A stretch of DNA of 62,841 nt from a virus (IMGVR_UViG_3300046167_000691:1-62841); one strand, 5' to 3'. Positions 51,631-60,708 are shown, numbered from the stretch's first letter. Made by a program: numbers and translations. Notes: generated by a model from the letters alone, not told the origin.

Positions 51631-51944
51631 TAGAATGGTAGATCATCATCTACCGCTGCTGGTGCAGCTTGTGGTGGTGGTGCTGCTCCGCCTTCACGAG
51701 GCGCTGTTTCAACATTTGTACCATTAGTCCACACCACTTTTACATTTCCTAAGTAAGTCTTGTCAGCTTTTGCTTCTCTTTCTTCCTTAGATTGTTCTAC
51801 AATGATTGGCCCATTGTCGCCATAATTACCAAGCTCATCGTTTATTGTGATTGTGATTGGTAAATAACTTCCTTTTTTACCCTTATAGATCTTATCTTTA
51901 GGTATTGCCGCTAAGTTTAAATTAGCTTTTAAAATTGATGCCAT
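51630..51944 (-). CDS. Single-stranded DNA-binding protein
   Basis: KTYLGN motif and acidic DDDLPF tail. Confidence 0.75.
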   Translation of the reverse strand: MASILKANLNLAAIPKDKIYKGKKGSYLPITITINDELGNYGDNGPIIVEQSKEEREAKADKTYLGNVKVVWTNGTNVETAPREGGAAPPPQAAPAAVDDDLPF

Positions 51945-51947
51945 AAA

Positions 51948-52130
51948 TTAATAAGTTTGTAATTGGTTAAACATTCGTGTTAATTGTTCTTTTGTCGCGC
52001 CTGTGGTTCGTCGAATGTTATCGACCGCTTTGACGTGGTTCTGGTTGTTGTAAAAGTTACTGGCTTTTGTTTTCATTCCAGTAACTGTACAGGTTCTTTT
52101 GTTTGTCATAAAAAAATTAATTAGATTCAT
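51948..52130 (-). CDS. Hypothetical protein
   Basis: ORF track; follows an early promoter. Confidence 0.65.
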   Translation of the reverse strand: MNLINFFMTNKRTCTVTGMKTKASNFYNNQNHVKAVDNIRRTTGATKEQLTRMFNQLQTY

Positions 52131-52133
52131 ATA

Positions 52134-52156
52134 TATTATATTCTGGTAGTCGTTTT
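52134..52156 (-). promoter_or_regulatory. Early-class promoter (drives ssb/replication genes)
   Basis: AAAACGAC-N8-TATAAT. Confidence 0.7.
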
Positions 52157-52158
52157 TG

Positions 52159-52908
52159 TTATAATGTGCCAGATTTCACATAATCCTTTAAATCAAATAG
52201 TGGATCTTCTATTAAGGTTTCATACGCTATCATCGCTTGCGCAACTTTAGCTTTGCCTCGTTCATAAAATTCTTCAGAGCAATCATATATACCTATTTGA
52301 TGTGTCTTCTTACATATAACTAGAAAAACTAAATCGTAATCAAATATTTCTTTATAAATGTACGCTTGTGAGTCATAGTTATATATGTTTGCACTCTTCT
52401 TGAACTTATTAATATCACCAGTTGTCTTAATATCTACAAGTAAACCTTGATCTTTATTAATACAATCAGCTTTGCCCTTCCACCAAGTACCATTTATTTT
52501 TTTGATACCTGGTTCTTCGTTAATTGTGTTACCTCTTAAAAGTGATATGCAAACATCGTTGTTTAAGATTTTAGCAATCATTTCTTCGCATCTGTCTACT
52601 TCTTTTTTAAGTAATAACATTTCTTTACCCGACTTTGCAATAGCTTCCTTATAGATCTTTGTTGTTCTTGTTGTTGCGTCTACATAAGGATAGTTAGCTT
52701 TAAGCTTTTCAGGTTCGAGTATTGCTGTGTGGAGATACCCACCGATAAGAAAGTTAATATTCGTACCGGTCGGTTTTCCAAATTGCTCAGGATCGTTTAG
52801 TAACTTATATATGTCACTATTGGATCTATATTGTCTTCCCACTCCATTATAATACTCTTCATCATTGCGTAGTAATTCAACTATTTTTTTTTGTTCTGCT
52901 TTAGTCAT
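52159..52908 (-). CDS. RecE/exonuclease VIII-like PD-(D/E)xK nuclease
   Basis: GGYLHTAILEP, KGKAD...DIKTT, YDSQAYIY. Confidence 0.85.
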   Translation of the reverse strand: MTKAEQKKIVELLRNDEEYYNGVGRQYRSNSDIYKLLNDPEQFGKPTGTNINFLIGGYLHTAILEPEKLKANYPYVDATTRTTKIYKEAIAKSGKEMLLLKKEVDRCEEMIAKILNNDVCISLLRGNTINEEPGIKKINGTWWKGKADCINKDQGLLVDIKTTGDINKFKKSANIYNYDSQAYIYKEIFDYDLVFLVICKKTHQIGIYDCSEEFYERGKAKVAQAMIAYETLIEDPLFDLKDYVKSGTL

Positions 52909-53480
52909 TAAAGTGTTTCAGTTTTTACTGGCTTTACTGCTTCTAAGTCTTTCTTAATTGCAGCAGTCATATCATACTTACTTGCTATTGCGCTTACATC
53001 TCCTCCTGCTTCTACAAATTTCAATGCCTTCTTATATAAAGCTGAGGTCTTACTTGTTATCTGTTCTTTCGCTTTTTTGCCTGAGTGATCGTTAGAGGCA
53101 TCCGCATCTGCAGTGTCATCAATTAGGAATAAATTACCTAAAGCATATTTCTTTGCATAACTGGAAGCTGCCCCGTATTTTTGAGGCATACTCATACCTT
53201 TACTCAATAGGTCGACACCAACGATTGCCATAGCTTGTATAGCATTGTCACTTTCTCCGTCAATAATTTTTGCAGTTGATTGCATGACCGGAGGATCAAT
53301 ACTAACCATCTTTTCAGATACAGTTACCGTCACATTATGTTTAACACAAAACGGTTTTACGGCTTCCAGTATATCTTCTGCTGCTCGATAATAATATTTA
53401 CCAAAGCCATTGTATCTGGATTTTTTAGCTTTCATGTCTGCCTGAATAGTTGCTAATTTAGTTGTTAAATTTGATTTCAT
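52908..53480 (-). CDS. ERF-family single-strand annealing protein
   Basis: YYYRAAEDILEAVKP, GAASSYAKKYALGNLFLIDDTADAD. Confidence 0.88.
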   Translation of the reverse strand: MKSNLTTKLATIQADMKAKKSRYNGFGKYYYRAAEDILEAVKPFCVKHNVTVTVSEKMVSIDPPVMQSTAKIIDGESDNAIQAMAIVGVDLLSKGMSMPQKYGAASSYAKKYALGNLFLIDDTADADASNDHSGKKAKEQITSKTSALYKKALKFVEAGGDVSAIASKYDMTAAIKKDLEAVKPVKTETL

Positions 53481-53517
53481 TTATATAAGGTTTTTATTTG
53501 CGAACTTTCTATATATA

Positions 53518-53546
53518 TATAATTACACGTTTTTAAAGAAAGCTAC
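53518..53546 (-). promoter_or_regulatory. Middle/late-class promoter upstream of ERF
   Basis: GTAGCTTT-N9-CGTGTAATTATA on the - strand. Confidence 0.75.
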
Positions 53547-53566
53547 AGGTTATTTTTAATTATAAC

Positions 53567-54331
53567 TTACAGTAAATCAGGTAGTTGTAAGTCGTTTGTT
53601 TTTTCTACTAATTTTCTTAAAGCTTCTCGTTTAATTTCAGAAATTCTAGCACCCTTCATTTTGTAAGAACCTTCTATTCCAAATATCTCACAAATTTCAA
53701 CTGCATTGTGTTTGTCGCAATCAAGCCCAAACGATAATCTTATAACATCACTCTCACGTTCGGTTAAATGTTTTTTTAATAAAGCTAAAAGATAGTTATT
53801 AATAAGATCTAAATTATAATGTTGTGAAGTATCTGATATTTCTATTTGAGTATCTTCGCCTTCATTATTAGATATTTTAAAATCACCCATATACATTGAC
53901 TTAGATTTATTCAGTAAAGTGTTAACTATTGGATCGCTAGACTTGTTTCTAATTTCATTTATTTTCCACTCTGGTATTTTAATATCTCCCATATTTGCAT
54001 TAATATATCTACGTATAGTTCCTTTTATTCTTTTAGATAAAAAGGATTTTAAAGTTTGCTCAATATTAGCGGATTCATTTAATATTACCCAGTCTATTTT
54101 ATCTATAGCCATTATTAAACCAACATTACCGGCTTGTATTAGATCATTTATGCTTAATATGCCTATAGCTTGATGAGAGGTTGCAAATTTACGAGCTAAG
54201 TTTTCTACGAGAGGCATAAACTTTATAATCAGTTCGTCTCTGCTATACTCGTCCCAAAATAAACCTTCTGGCATTGATAATTTTAAATCTTCTTTATACC
54301 TAATGTAATTTTGTACATTGTATTTTTTCAT
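53567..54331 (-). CDS. Sigma-70-family RNA polymerase sigma factor
   Basis: Region 2 LVENLARKF...DLIQAGNVGLIMAIDKID; region 4 LTERESDVIRLSFGL...ISEIKREALRKL. Confidence 0.9.
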   Translation of the reverse strand: MKKYNVQNYIRYKEDLKLSMPEGLFWDEYSRDELIIKFMPLVENLARKFATSHQAIGILSINDLIQAGNVGLIMAIDKIDWVILNESANIEQTLKSFLSKRIKGTIRRYINANMGDIKIPEWKINEIRNKSSDPIVNTLLNKSKSMYMGDFKISNNEGEDTQIEISDTSQHYNLDLINNYLLALLKKHLTERESDVIRLSFGLDCDKHNAVEICEIFGIEGSYKMKGARISEIKREALRKLVEKTNDLQLPDLL

Positions 54332-54589
54332 TTATTGTATTATTATGGATAGCAGTACCATCCCTGTTAGTGTAAATAACATGATCCATTGCCATGCTAT
54401 TATGTTTTTTTCGGTAGGATTTTTTTTACTCCACCACTTTTTTATTCTCTTCATCTGTTTCAGTTTTACATAAACAATATCCTTTGTCCAGCGTGCAATC
54501 GCATAGCCTCCATTGCATATTCTTATTTATTATATTTTCTTGTTTCATACGGTTAAACGTTAAAGTTTCGATGTATTTTATAATTTTAC

Positions 54590-54619
54590 GTAGTTTTGTC
54601 GTAAAAATACGTGATTATA
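54590..54619 (+). promoter_or_regulatory. Middle/late-class promoter, antisense to the early arm
   Basis: GTAGTTTT...ACGTGATTATA (22-nt spacing). Confidence 0.5.
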
Positions 54620-54703
54620 TATGTATAAACAAATTTTTATTGTAGTTTAATTTTATTTTTTATCAAAAAATATATTCTACTAGTTTTTGCTTACACATTT
54701 ATG

Positions 54704-54961
54704 TTACGGGTTAGTATTATCTCTAGCGATCTTACGTAAATCATTAAGTTGCTTAAACGCCGATGCAGCCTTAGTAAACTCCTCATTAACCTCATAATAT
54801 TGTATTAATAGCTCTAATTCTTTAATTTGCTGTTCATCAGTTACCATAATATCAAGCCATTCACTTGGGTCTCCTTGCATAACTCTAGCGTCTTCTTCTA
54901 GCTTTTCAAATATTAATTCTACTATTTTAGTAGATAAATCTTCAATTTGTTTTTTAGTCAT
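54704..54961 (-). CDS. Hypothetical protein with UVR-like C-terminus
   Basis: YEVNEEFTKAASAFKQL. Confidence 0.6.
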   Translation of the reverse strand: MTKKQIEDLSTKIVELIFEKLEEDARVMQGDPSEWLDIMVTDEQQIKELELLIQYYEVNEEFTKAASAFKQLNDLRKIARDNTNP

Positions 54962-55301
54962 TTCTATTTTTATTTAGTGATATTTTAACATTTCTCCACT
55001 TGCCTAAGACTATCTCATTATCTACAAGAAAGTCTATAGCAAATACAAATCTTTTATTCATTCGGTCTTCTACAGTCCAGATTCCATTCATCTTACCTGC
55101 ATTTTCAACACACACCTCAGCGCCAAAAGTAAAGCCAAAGGCTTCAAGATCACGTGATACAGCCAGCCACCGGTGTTTACCTGGGTTATCAGCATCGATC
55201 TTTTTGTTTGACGCCGTAATAAGTGGCGTTGAATCTGTTTGATTAGGTACGGCATTGTAAACCGTAGCGTGTACGAGTATGTATAGCAACAGCGTTTTCA
55301 T
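54954..55301 (-). CDS. 3D-domain (MltA-like) protein
   Basis: ATVYNAVPNQTDSTPLITAS, AVSRDL, VEDRMNKRF, IDFL. Confidence 0.8.
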   Translation of the reverse strand: MKTLLLYILVHATVYNAVPNQTDSTPLITASNKKIDADNPGKHRWLAVSRDLEAFGFTFGAEVCVENAGKMNGIWTVEDRMNKRFVFAIDFLVDNEIVLGKWRNVKISLNKNRND

Positions 55302-55588
55302 CGATCTAGTTGATATATTAGATTATTAATTACTGGTCTAGAAACCCATCCGGCAACAGTATCTTCACCACAGTTAATAAATTTGTGAGTAACAAATTCA
55401 CCCAGTGTATTTAATATTGCTACTTCAAAATGACTATAGCTTTCAGGTTCTAAGCCATTCTCATGAGGCGTAGAGTATAAACCATGACCTGCTTGTATAC
55501 TTAGGGTTAATTTAGCTTTTGTGTTTAGCTTAGCTCCAATACCGCCATGTAATTGCGGCACAAATTTTAAATCATTTACAGTTATCAT
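55298..55588 (-). CDS. Hypothetical protein
   Basis: LSIQAGHGLYSTP...FEVAI...VAGWV; likely start at MITVND. Confidence 0.7.
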   Translation of the reverse strand: MITVNDLKFVPQLHGGIGAKLNTKAKLTLSIQAGHGLYSTPHENGLEPESYSHFEVAILNTLGEFVTHKFINCGEDTVAGWVSRPVINNLIYQLDR

Positions 55589-55665
55589 ATCATTAATAGT
55601 ATTAAGGTTATTAGTATTATTATGTTTAAAATTGAATATCCGGTCATTAATTAAATCTTTTATAA

Positions 55666-56274
55666 TTAATGGTAGATGAGTCCAATTTTGTGGTTGTCGG
55701 GACTGTACCATTTGGTTGCCCGAAGATCATACTCGCTGCTATCGTTATAGCCAGCACTGTTGAGATCACTAACAGAGCTAAAAATTCTGGTGTGGCGATC
55801 GGTCGTTTCATTTATTAAGTGTTTTTGTTTGCCTGAATCACTGTATATAATATCATAGTTATCAGGTAGTTGTACTTCTTTAGTTAATTGTATCATATTT
55901 GTGTAAGAATAGAACTTAACGTGTGGGTTGTGTATAGCAATTTGAATCCACTTATTTAAGTAAGCTCTACTATAATAATCACCAGAGTCATGTACTCTTA
56001 CAAAGTCGGGTTTCTTACGTCTGATCTCATCATTCATAGACTCGATAAATTTATCGGTCTTGCTCAACTCATATCGCTTTTCAAACGCAGGTTGGACGTT
56101 AGACCAGATGTAAGCACCTTTCTTAGCATAACAGAACTTAATACACTCATCAGCCATAGGACAAGTAAGTTTACCGGATGCAGATTTATATGCAGGTATA
56201 CCGAAGTTCATTAGCTTAACACCAAAGTGTTTACTAGTCTTTTTAATTTTAGAATTTTGTGTAAGTAAGTTCAT
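55666..56274 (-). CDS. Gp88-like (radical-SAM-related) protein
   Basis: TCPMADECIKFCYAKKG, RVHDSGDYYS, FYSYT. Confidence 0.75.
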   Translation of the reverse strand: MNLLTQNSKIKKTSKHFGVKLMNFGIPAYKSASGKLTCPMADECIKFCYAKKGAYIWSNVQPAFEKRYELSKTDKFIESMNDEIRRKKPDFVRVHDSGDYYSRAYLNKWIQIAIHNPHVKFYSYTNMIQLTKEVQLPDNYDIIYSDSGKQKHLINETTDRHTRIFSSVSDLNSAGYNDSSEYDLRATKWYSPDNHKIGLIYH

Positions 56275-56289
56275 AGTTTTAGTTTATAT

Positions 56290-56312
56290 TATTATATGTT
56301 ATATGTCGTTTT
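56290..56312 (-). promoter_or_regulatory. Early-class promoter (operon running toward the sigma gene)
   Basis: AAAACGAC-N8-TATAAT. Confidence 0.75.
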
Positions 56313-56554
56313 TAATCTAGCAGAGTCATATAAGCACTAGGATTAGCTGTTCGAAACCAGTCAAGTGCTTTTCTAAAGTCTTTTTGTACTTCGTTATTCA
56401 TAGGTATCATTTGACAACCCATTATGAAGTCGTACATTGATAGCTCGTTTTTGTTTAGTTCTGCAGTAGCATCAGTAAAAGGATTAGACACTTCGCCCCC
56501 CTTTTTATATTGTGTGCCTCCATTATTTGTAAACCATTTTGGTAGATCTTTCAT
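56312..56554 (-). CDS. Hypothetical protein
   Basis: ALDWFRTANPSAYMTLLD. Confidence 0.75.
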   Translation of the reverse strand: MKDLPKWFTNNGGTQYKKGGEVSNPFTDATAELNKNELSMYDFIMGCQMIPMNNEVQKDFRKALDWFRTANPSAYMTLLD

Positions 56555-56555
56555 A

Positions 56556-56783
56556 TTATATTCTAGTAAATTTAAAGTTTAATGTTTTTAGTATTTTGTT
56601 AATAAACGCGCCAGCGGAAGGTGCTGCCCGTAAGCCTTCCCAAACAAACTTGGGTACATCATAATACTCATAGCAGCTTGCGTTAGAGTACATTATAAAT
56701 AATGTTCTAGATCGGTTGTAGTACGTCGCATATTGGATCGCACTGGATTCGACAATAAAGTCTTCTTTAATTATTTCACTCAT
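56556..56783 (-). CDS. KTSC-domain protein
   Basis: VESSAI..ATY...YEYYDVP...L..APSAGAFINK. Confidence 0.85.
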   Translation of the reverse strand: MSEIIKEDFIVESSAIQYATYYNRSRTLFIMYSNASCYEYYDVPKFVWEGLRAAPSAGAFINKILKTLNFKFTRI

Positions 56784-56786
56784 AGG

Positions 56787-57269
56787 TTATTCGAATTGCG
56801 AAGCGCAGGTGTATAGCACTTCTTTGTTAGTATTAGCACAGTGTGCTTTTTCATTAATATAATAGTTGCGGTATGCAGCTATAGAATCGTTTTCGACTTT
56901 GTATTCATCAGGCATGCATTGAGGCATGTCGGTTAAACCAATATTAAATATAGGGCCTGGTGTTTGTGACAATATGTCGCGACATTTAGTTATAGTAAGA
57001 TGTTCTTTATTATAACGCTTTTTATATTCTTTGCCGAGAGCCATCATGTGGAAGTATAGCCAAGCGTAGTTTGATCGAGAGGTACGTGCCCAAATGGCTG
57101 ACGGATGATTTTTATGCGTTAACTTGTAGGGAACATCGATTTCACTGCCAAGCATTATATGTGCAGAACAGAGTAGTTGAGCGGACTCAAGGATCATTTT
57201 AACAACGTGCTTGTTATACTGTAACTGTGCAGCACGTTCAGGGTCGGAGTTTAAATAAAATATATTCAT
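56787..57269 (-). CDS. Pyrimidine-dimer DNA glycosylase-like (DenV family)
   Basis: MNIFYL..DP, HVVKMILESAQLL, THKNHP, PQCMPDEYK, AYRNYY. Confidence 0.8.
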   Translation of the reverse strand: MNIFYLNSDPERAAQLQYNKHVVKMILESAQLLCSAHIMLGSEIDVPYKLTHKNHPSAIWARTSRSNYAWLYFHMMALGKEYKKRYNKEHLTITKCRDILSQTPGPIFNIGLTDMPQCMPDEYKVENDSIAAYRNYYINEKAHCANTNKEVLYTCASQFE

Positions 57270-57274
57270 ACAGT

Positions 57275-57297
57275 TATTATATGTTAGTTGTCGTTTT
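57275..57297 (-). promoter_or_regulatory. Early-class promoter overlapping the upstream stop (KNDN*)
   Basis: AAAACGAC-N8-TATAAT. Confidence 0.75.
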
Positions 57298-57841
57298 TGA
57301 TATTTAGTTGCTCTATAGCATTAGTTATCTCGTCTAATAATCTTTTGTATTGGTTATCAGAGTTGTGATTACTTATAGTTTCCCACGCTGTTTTTAATAT
57401 TTGTGGCACTTTAGCTGGCCACTCATAGCCTTTGCTGTGGAATTCCAGCTCGACATCGGCACGTACATCGTCGTATACTTTGTCACACATATCTTCAATA
57501 GCTTCGTCGATAATACCCTCAGCATCACAGTATATAGACAAACCGTTGCGTATAGCATCTTGTACTTCGTCAATGATTTGAGGAGAATAATCTTGATAGT
57601 ATATATCTTCATTTACGCATATTGCGTTAGGGTTATGTGTACATATCCATACAGAGTGTCCGTCACGTGTAGATTCTTCATACACATATAGATCTTGTTC
57701 TTGCCATCTATCACTATAGCTTGCGCCGTAATGATCTAGTACAAGCTGTGTAAATTCGCCGTTTTGCTCGCTAATTTGTTTTTCGCTAAAGCCAAGTTCG
57801 TGCATCGCTGCTTCAATTAATTCATCGGTTAATAGTTTCAT
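57284..57841 (-). CDS. Acidic hypothetical protein
   Basis: ORF track. Confidence 0.75.
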   Translation of the reverse strand: MKLLTDELIEAAMHELGFSEKQISEQNGEFTQLVLDHYGASYSDRWQEQDLYVYEESTRDGHSVWICTHNPNAICVNEDIYYQDYSPQIIDEVQDAIRNGLSIYCDAEGIIDEAIEDMCDKVYDDVRADVELEFHSKGYEWPAKVPQILKTAWETISNHNSDNQYKRLLDEITNAIEQLNIKNDN

Positions 57842-57866
57842 ATTTATTATTTTTAAGGGTTTATTA

Positions 57867-57889
57867 TATTATATATTATTTGTCGTTTT
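57867..57889 (-). promoter_or_regulatory. Early-class promoter
   Basis: AAAACGAC-N8-TATAAT. Confidence 0.75.
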
Positions 57890-58131
57890 TGTTATCAAGT
57901 GCATCAAGTATGTACTCGTAGATTTCTTTTTCACGTATTTCGCTGTCAAGTACCATTTCCATCTCTTCTTTAGATACACCGCCGTAGATACCAGTTCTTA
58001 ACTGTTTTTTAGTATCTTCAACGAGCAACATAAGGCTTCACTAGTTTGGCTTGGATCTTGTCGGTGGCCAACCAATGGATATCAGGATTCGTAATTATTT
58101 TTTTCATTCATAGGTTTAGTTTAAAGGTTAG

Positions 58132-58198
58132 TGGATAGTGAGGAATCGAACCTCATACTCGTCAGCAGCACACCCGGTCGGGGCATCCATACCTATCC
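58132..58198 (-). ncRNA. tRNA-like element (non-canonical)
   Basis: Acceptor GGATAG/CTATCC-A, T-arm TGAGG-TTCGATT-CCTCA; only 67 nt with no standard D/anticodon arms. Confidence 0.55.
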
Positions 58199-58262
58199 TC
58201 CTCGTAGACATTTGCTAGCAGCTTAAAGAAAGCGCTCGGTTATTTATTCGCTACGATAATGT

Positions 58263-58317
58263 GTGGCTGGTTACCTCCCAAGGTCATTTAACTTCACTCC
58301 GTCCCAGTGAACACCAC
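58263..58317 (-). ncRNA. Three-way-junction RNA motif, copy 2
   Basis: GTGGT-G-TTCAC[TGGGACGGA]GTGAA-GTTAAATG-ACCT[TGGG]AGGT-AACCA-GCCAC; stems covary with copy 1. Confidence 0.65.
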
Positions 58318-58472
58318 TTAATATTTTATGTACTACACAGCAATGTACATTCGATCACATTTTCGCTGAACCACAAAGGGCTGTGAACTAACTAATAAAT
58401 AATAAACTACAGGGTTATTTGCGTATAGCATACGCTGCCGCCCGGGCACAATCAGTTAAGAATTTTAAAAAT

Positions 58473-58664
58473 TTATTTTTCATCTTTTTCGTTTTGGGTT
58501 ATTAATTTATTTACTCGTTCCATTCGGGTTTTTAAGTATTTTAAGTCGAGTGGATCAATGTTATTATACTTTATAACGTCTTTATTGAGGTAGTCAATTA
58601 AATGTTTAGTTGCATACATCATACAAATTAAGTTAGTATATTCTTTTGTTTTTAAGTTTATCAT
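58473..58664 (-). CDS. Early hypothetical protein
   Basis: ORF track. Confidence 0.65.
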   Translation of the reverse strand: MINLKTKEYTNLICMMYATKHLIDYLNKDVIKYNNIDPLDLKYLKTRMERVNKLITQNEKDEK

Positions 58665-58691
58665 AGTATTAAATTTTATTTGTTACACATT

Positions 58692-58714
58692 TATTATATA
58701 TAGTATGTCGTTTT
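58692..58714 (-). promoter_or_regulatory. Early-class promoter (upstream of the ncRNA cluster)
   Basis: AAAACGAC-N8-TATAAT. Confidence 0.75.
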
Positions 58715-58716
58715 TG

Positions 58717-58908
58717 TTATAAGTCTTTCTTGCGAATCCAGGTTAAACCTTTATAGTTAAACCACCGGCGTACACCATCGTTGTCATTGATCTCGTCATA
58801 TATATAGGCAAACTTGTTAGGTAGGTTAGCAAGATCGAAGCCAACGTGTAAGTCACCGTTTAATTTTAACTCTTTTTTAGTTCTTGAAAATTTTATAGTA
58901 TTTGTCAT
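58717..58908 (-). CDS. Early hypothetical protein
   Basis: ORF track; likely start at MTNTIKF. Confidence 0.65.
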   Translation of the reverse strand: MTNTIKFSRTKKELKLNGDLHVGFDLANLPNKFAYIYDEINDNDGVRRWFNYKGLTWIRKKDL

Positions 58909-58927
58909 AGTTATTAGTTTATTTGGT

Positions 58928-59263
58928 TTATAATTTATCTCGTAAAATGTCAGAGAACGAAGTGCATACTCTACCCTCAATTAGTTTTTCAGCTTCAGTG
59001 CGGACATTATTAAGTAATGTATGGTATTTATCTTCGCCATATAGTTTAAAGTATAGTTCTTTAAAGCCACCGGATAAAACAGGTTCGCCGTTTAAAAACC
59101 AATCGATTTCAGAGTCCATAGGATCGAGAGACCACTTGTTGTCTTTGGTTCGGAATACGTAACTATATACGGACACATGAGCGGTTATCAGTGAATCGAC
59201 GTGTATAGCAACTTCAGCGTTGTAGGTAAAGGAAATGTTGTCAGTTAAGTGTGTAGATTTCAT
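58928..59263 (-). CDS. Early hypothetical protein
   Basis: ORF track; AAACTATG start context. Confidence 0.7.
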   Translation of the reverse strand: MKSTHLTDNISFTYNAEVAIHVDSLITAHVSVYSYVFRTKDNKWSLDPMDSEIDWFLNGEPVLSGGFKELYFKLYGEDKYHTLLNNVRTEAEKLIEGRVCTSFSDILRDKL

Positions 59264-59266
59264 AGT

Positions 59267-59473
59267 TTATTTATTTAAAGTGTTAATTATATTTTTTATA
59301 GTTAATTCGGTTATACATTCTAGCATTTCATAGTATTCATCGCCGTCGAGGTCGATGTTTAGATACTCTAGTTGATTGTTAATAGTGTCATACATTTGAT
59401 CTATAGTAACTTCAGCGATTTGTTGCGCTAAAATACCGGCATTGTTAGATAATTCTTGTTTAATAGTATTCAT
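59267..59473 (-). CDS. Early acidic hypothetical protein
   Basis: ORF track. Confidence 0.7.
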   Translation of the reverse strand: MNTIKQELSNNAGILAQQIAEVTIDQMYDTINNQLEYLNIDLDGDEYYEMLECITELTIKNIINTLNK

Positions 59474-59476
59474 AGT

Positions 59477-59668
59477 TTATAGTTGTTCGGTTAAGTGATC
59501 AAGGGCTAATTGGTAGCCATAGTTTTTCGCCATTTGCATTAGTAAAAAGTCATTTACACCGTTGTTACTTTGTGCAAACATATCTAGTACTTCTTCGGTA
59601 GGTGTGGCAACAATACCACGATCTAACATTTTTTGTTTGGTTGATATAAATTTTTGTATAGAGTTCAT
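59477..59668 (-). CDS. Early hypothetical protein
   Basis: ORF track. Confidence 0.7.
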   Translation of the reverse strand: MNSIQKFISTKQKMLDRGIVATPTEEVLDMFAQSNNGVNDFLLMQMAKNYGYQLALDHLTEQL

Positions 59669-59945
59669 AGTTATTTTATTTTAGAGTTAAACATAGGCAT
59701 TTTAGGTCGTATTTCAGTCGAGTATAGTACTGCATGGATCAGGGTAATATTTCATAACATTCATCAAATCTAGCGTTTAAGGTATCTAACTTGTTCATAG
59801 TTAATAAAGGGTTGATTTTAGTTTAAAGTCATCTTCAGGGTGAACAAAGGGGAAATAGATGTTGCATAGTAGTTAAAAACTGAATGGCTTGGTCTTTTGT
59901 AGTAATCATAGTTTATAGTATTTATTATTAGTTATTATTTGAATA

Positions 59946-59968
59946 TATTATATAAGGTATGTCGTTTT
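59946..59968 (-). promoter_or_regulatory. Early-class promoter
   Basis: AAAACGAC-N8-TATAAT. Confidence 0.75.
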
Positions 59969-60261
59969 TAATATTTCGCTCTAATTTGGTCAGCACTACA
60001 ATATGCCCACATTACTTTGTTAATGAAGGTTATCCATTCAACAGAGTTTTTCTCGATCGGAAAGGTGTATAGCATGGCTTCGTAGAATTCCATTAGTCCT
60101 CTATCATTCTCTGCATACTGCGCTTTGAATACCCCATATTCGTCGCCTTGCATAAAATTCATACCGCATACTTTATTTTGTTCGTTATACTCTAGGTATA
60201 TCCACCGATCTTCCGATTCACACCATCTGTGTTCTACTTTAATTACTTTATTATTTTTCAT
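59968..60261 (-). CDS. Early hypothetical protein
   Basis: ORF track. Confidence 0.7.
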   Translation of the reverse strand: MKNNKVIKVEHRWCESEDRWIYLEYNEQNKVCGMNFMQGDEYGVFKAQYAENDRGLMEFYEAMLYTFPIEKNSVEWITFINKVMWAYCSADQIRAKY

Positions 60262-60264
60262 AGT

Positions 60265-60426
60265 TTAATTATTTTGTATTTTAGTTCTTGCGGTACTCAC
60301 CGCTTCCATTCTTAAGTTATAAGTGTCTTCGGTTATACAACCGTCTAGTTCAATAGTTTCAAGGTGTTCTTCCATGTGATCTAGAGCTACCAATATCACA
60401 TTCTTTTCGTAGTTACTTAATTGCAT
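60265..60426 (-). CDS. Early micro-ORF, 53 aa
   Basis: MQLSNYEKNVILVALDHMEEHL..., translated by eye. Confidence 0.65.
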   Translation of the reverse strand: MQLSNYEKNVILVALDHMEEHLETIELDGCITEDTYNLRMEAVSTARTKIQNN

Positions 60427-60429
60427 AGT

Positions 60430-60708
60430 TTATTTATTTTGACAGTTATTAAGGTCGAACATGTATAGCAAACGTAGTCGATCGAGTTCGTTATTAATTA
60501 ATGTTCTAGTGTAATAGTAGTTATCACGGTTTTTATTATAGTGTTTAACTTTAGTGTTAATTTGGTATAGTTTTACACCACGTCTTTTGAAGTGTGGTTG
60601 ATCTTTACAACTCACTCTAACGTAACCGGATTTATAGGTGTAACCTAATCTTCCATCACTCATTTCACATTTAATTGTACCGTTTTTACTGATGTTTAAT
60701 ACTTTCAT
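60430..60708 (-). CDS. Early hypothetical protein
   Basis: ORF track; YKSGYVR...LYQIN. Confidence 0.7.
   Translation of the reverse strand: MKVLNISKNGTIKCEMSDGRLGYTYKSGYVRVSCKDQPHFKRRGVKLYQINTKVKHYNKNRDNYYYTRTLINNELDRLRLLYMFDLNNCQNK

Noticed and set aside
58158-58165. Hammerhead ribozyme core CTGACGAG on the - strand
   Set aside because: No properly placed GAAA or stem III/UH.
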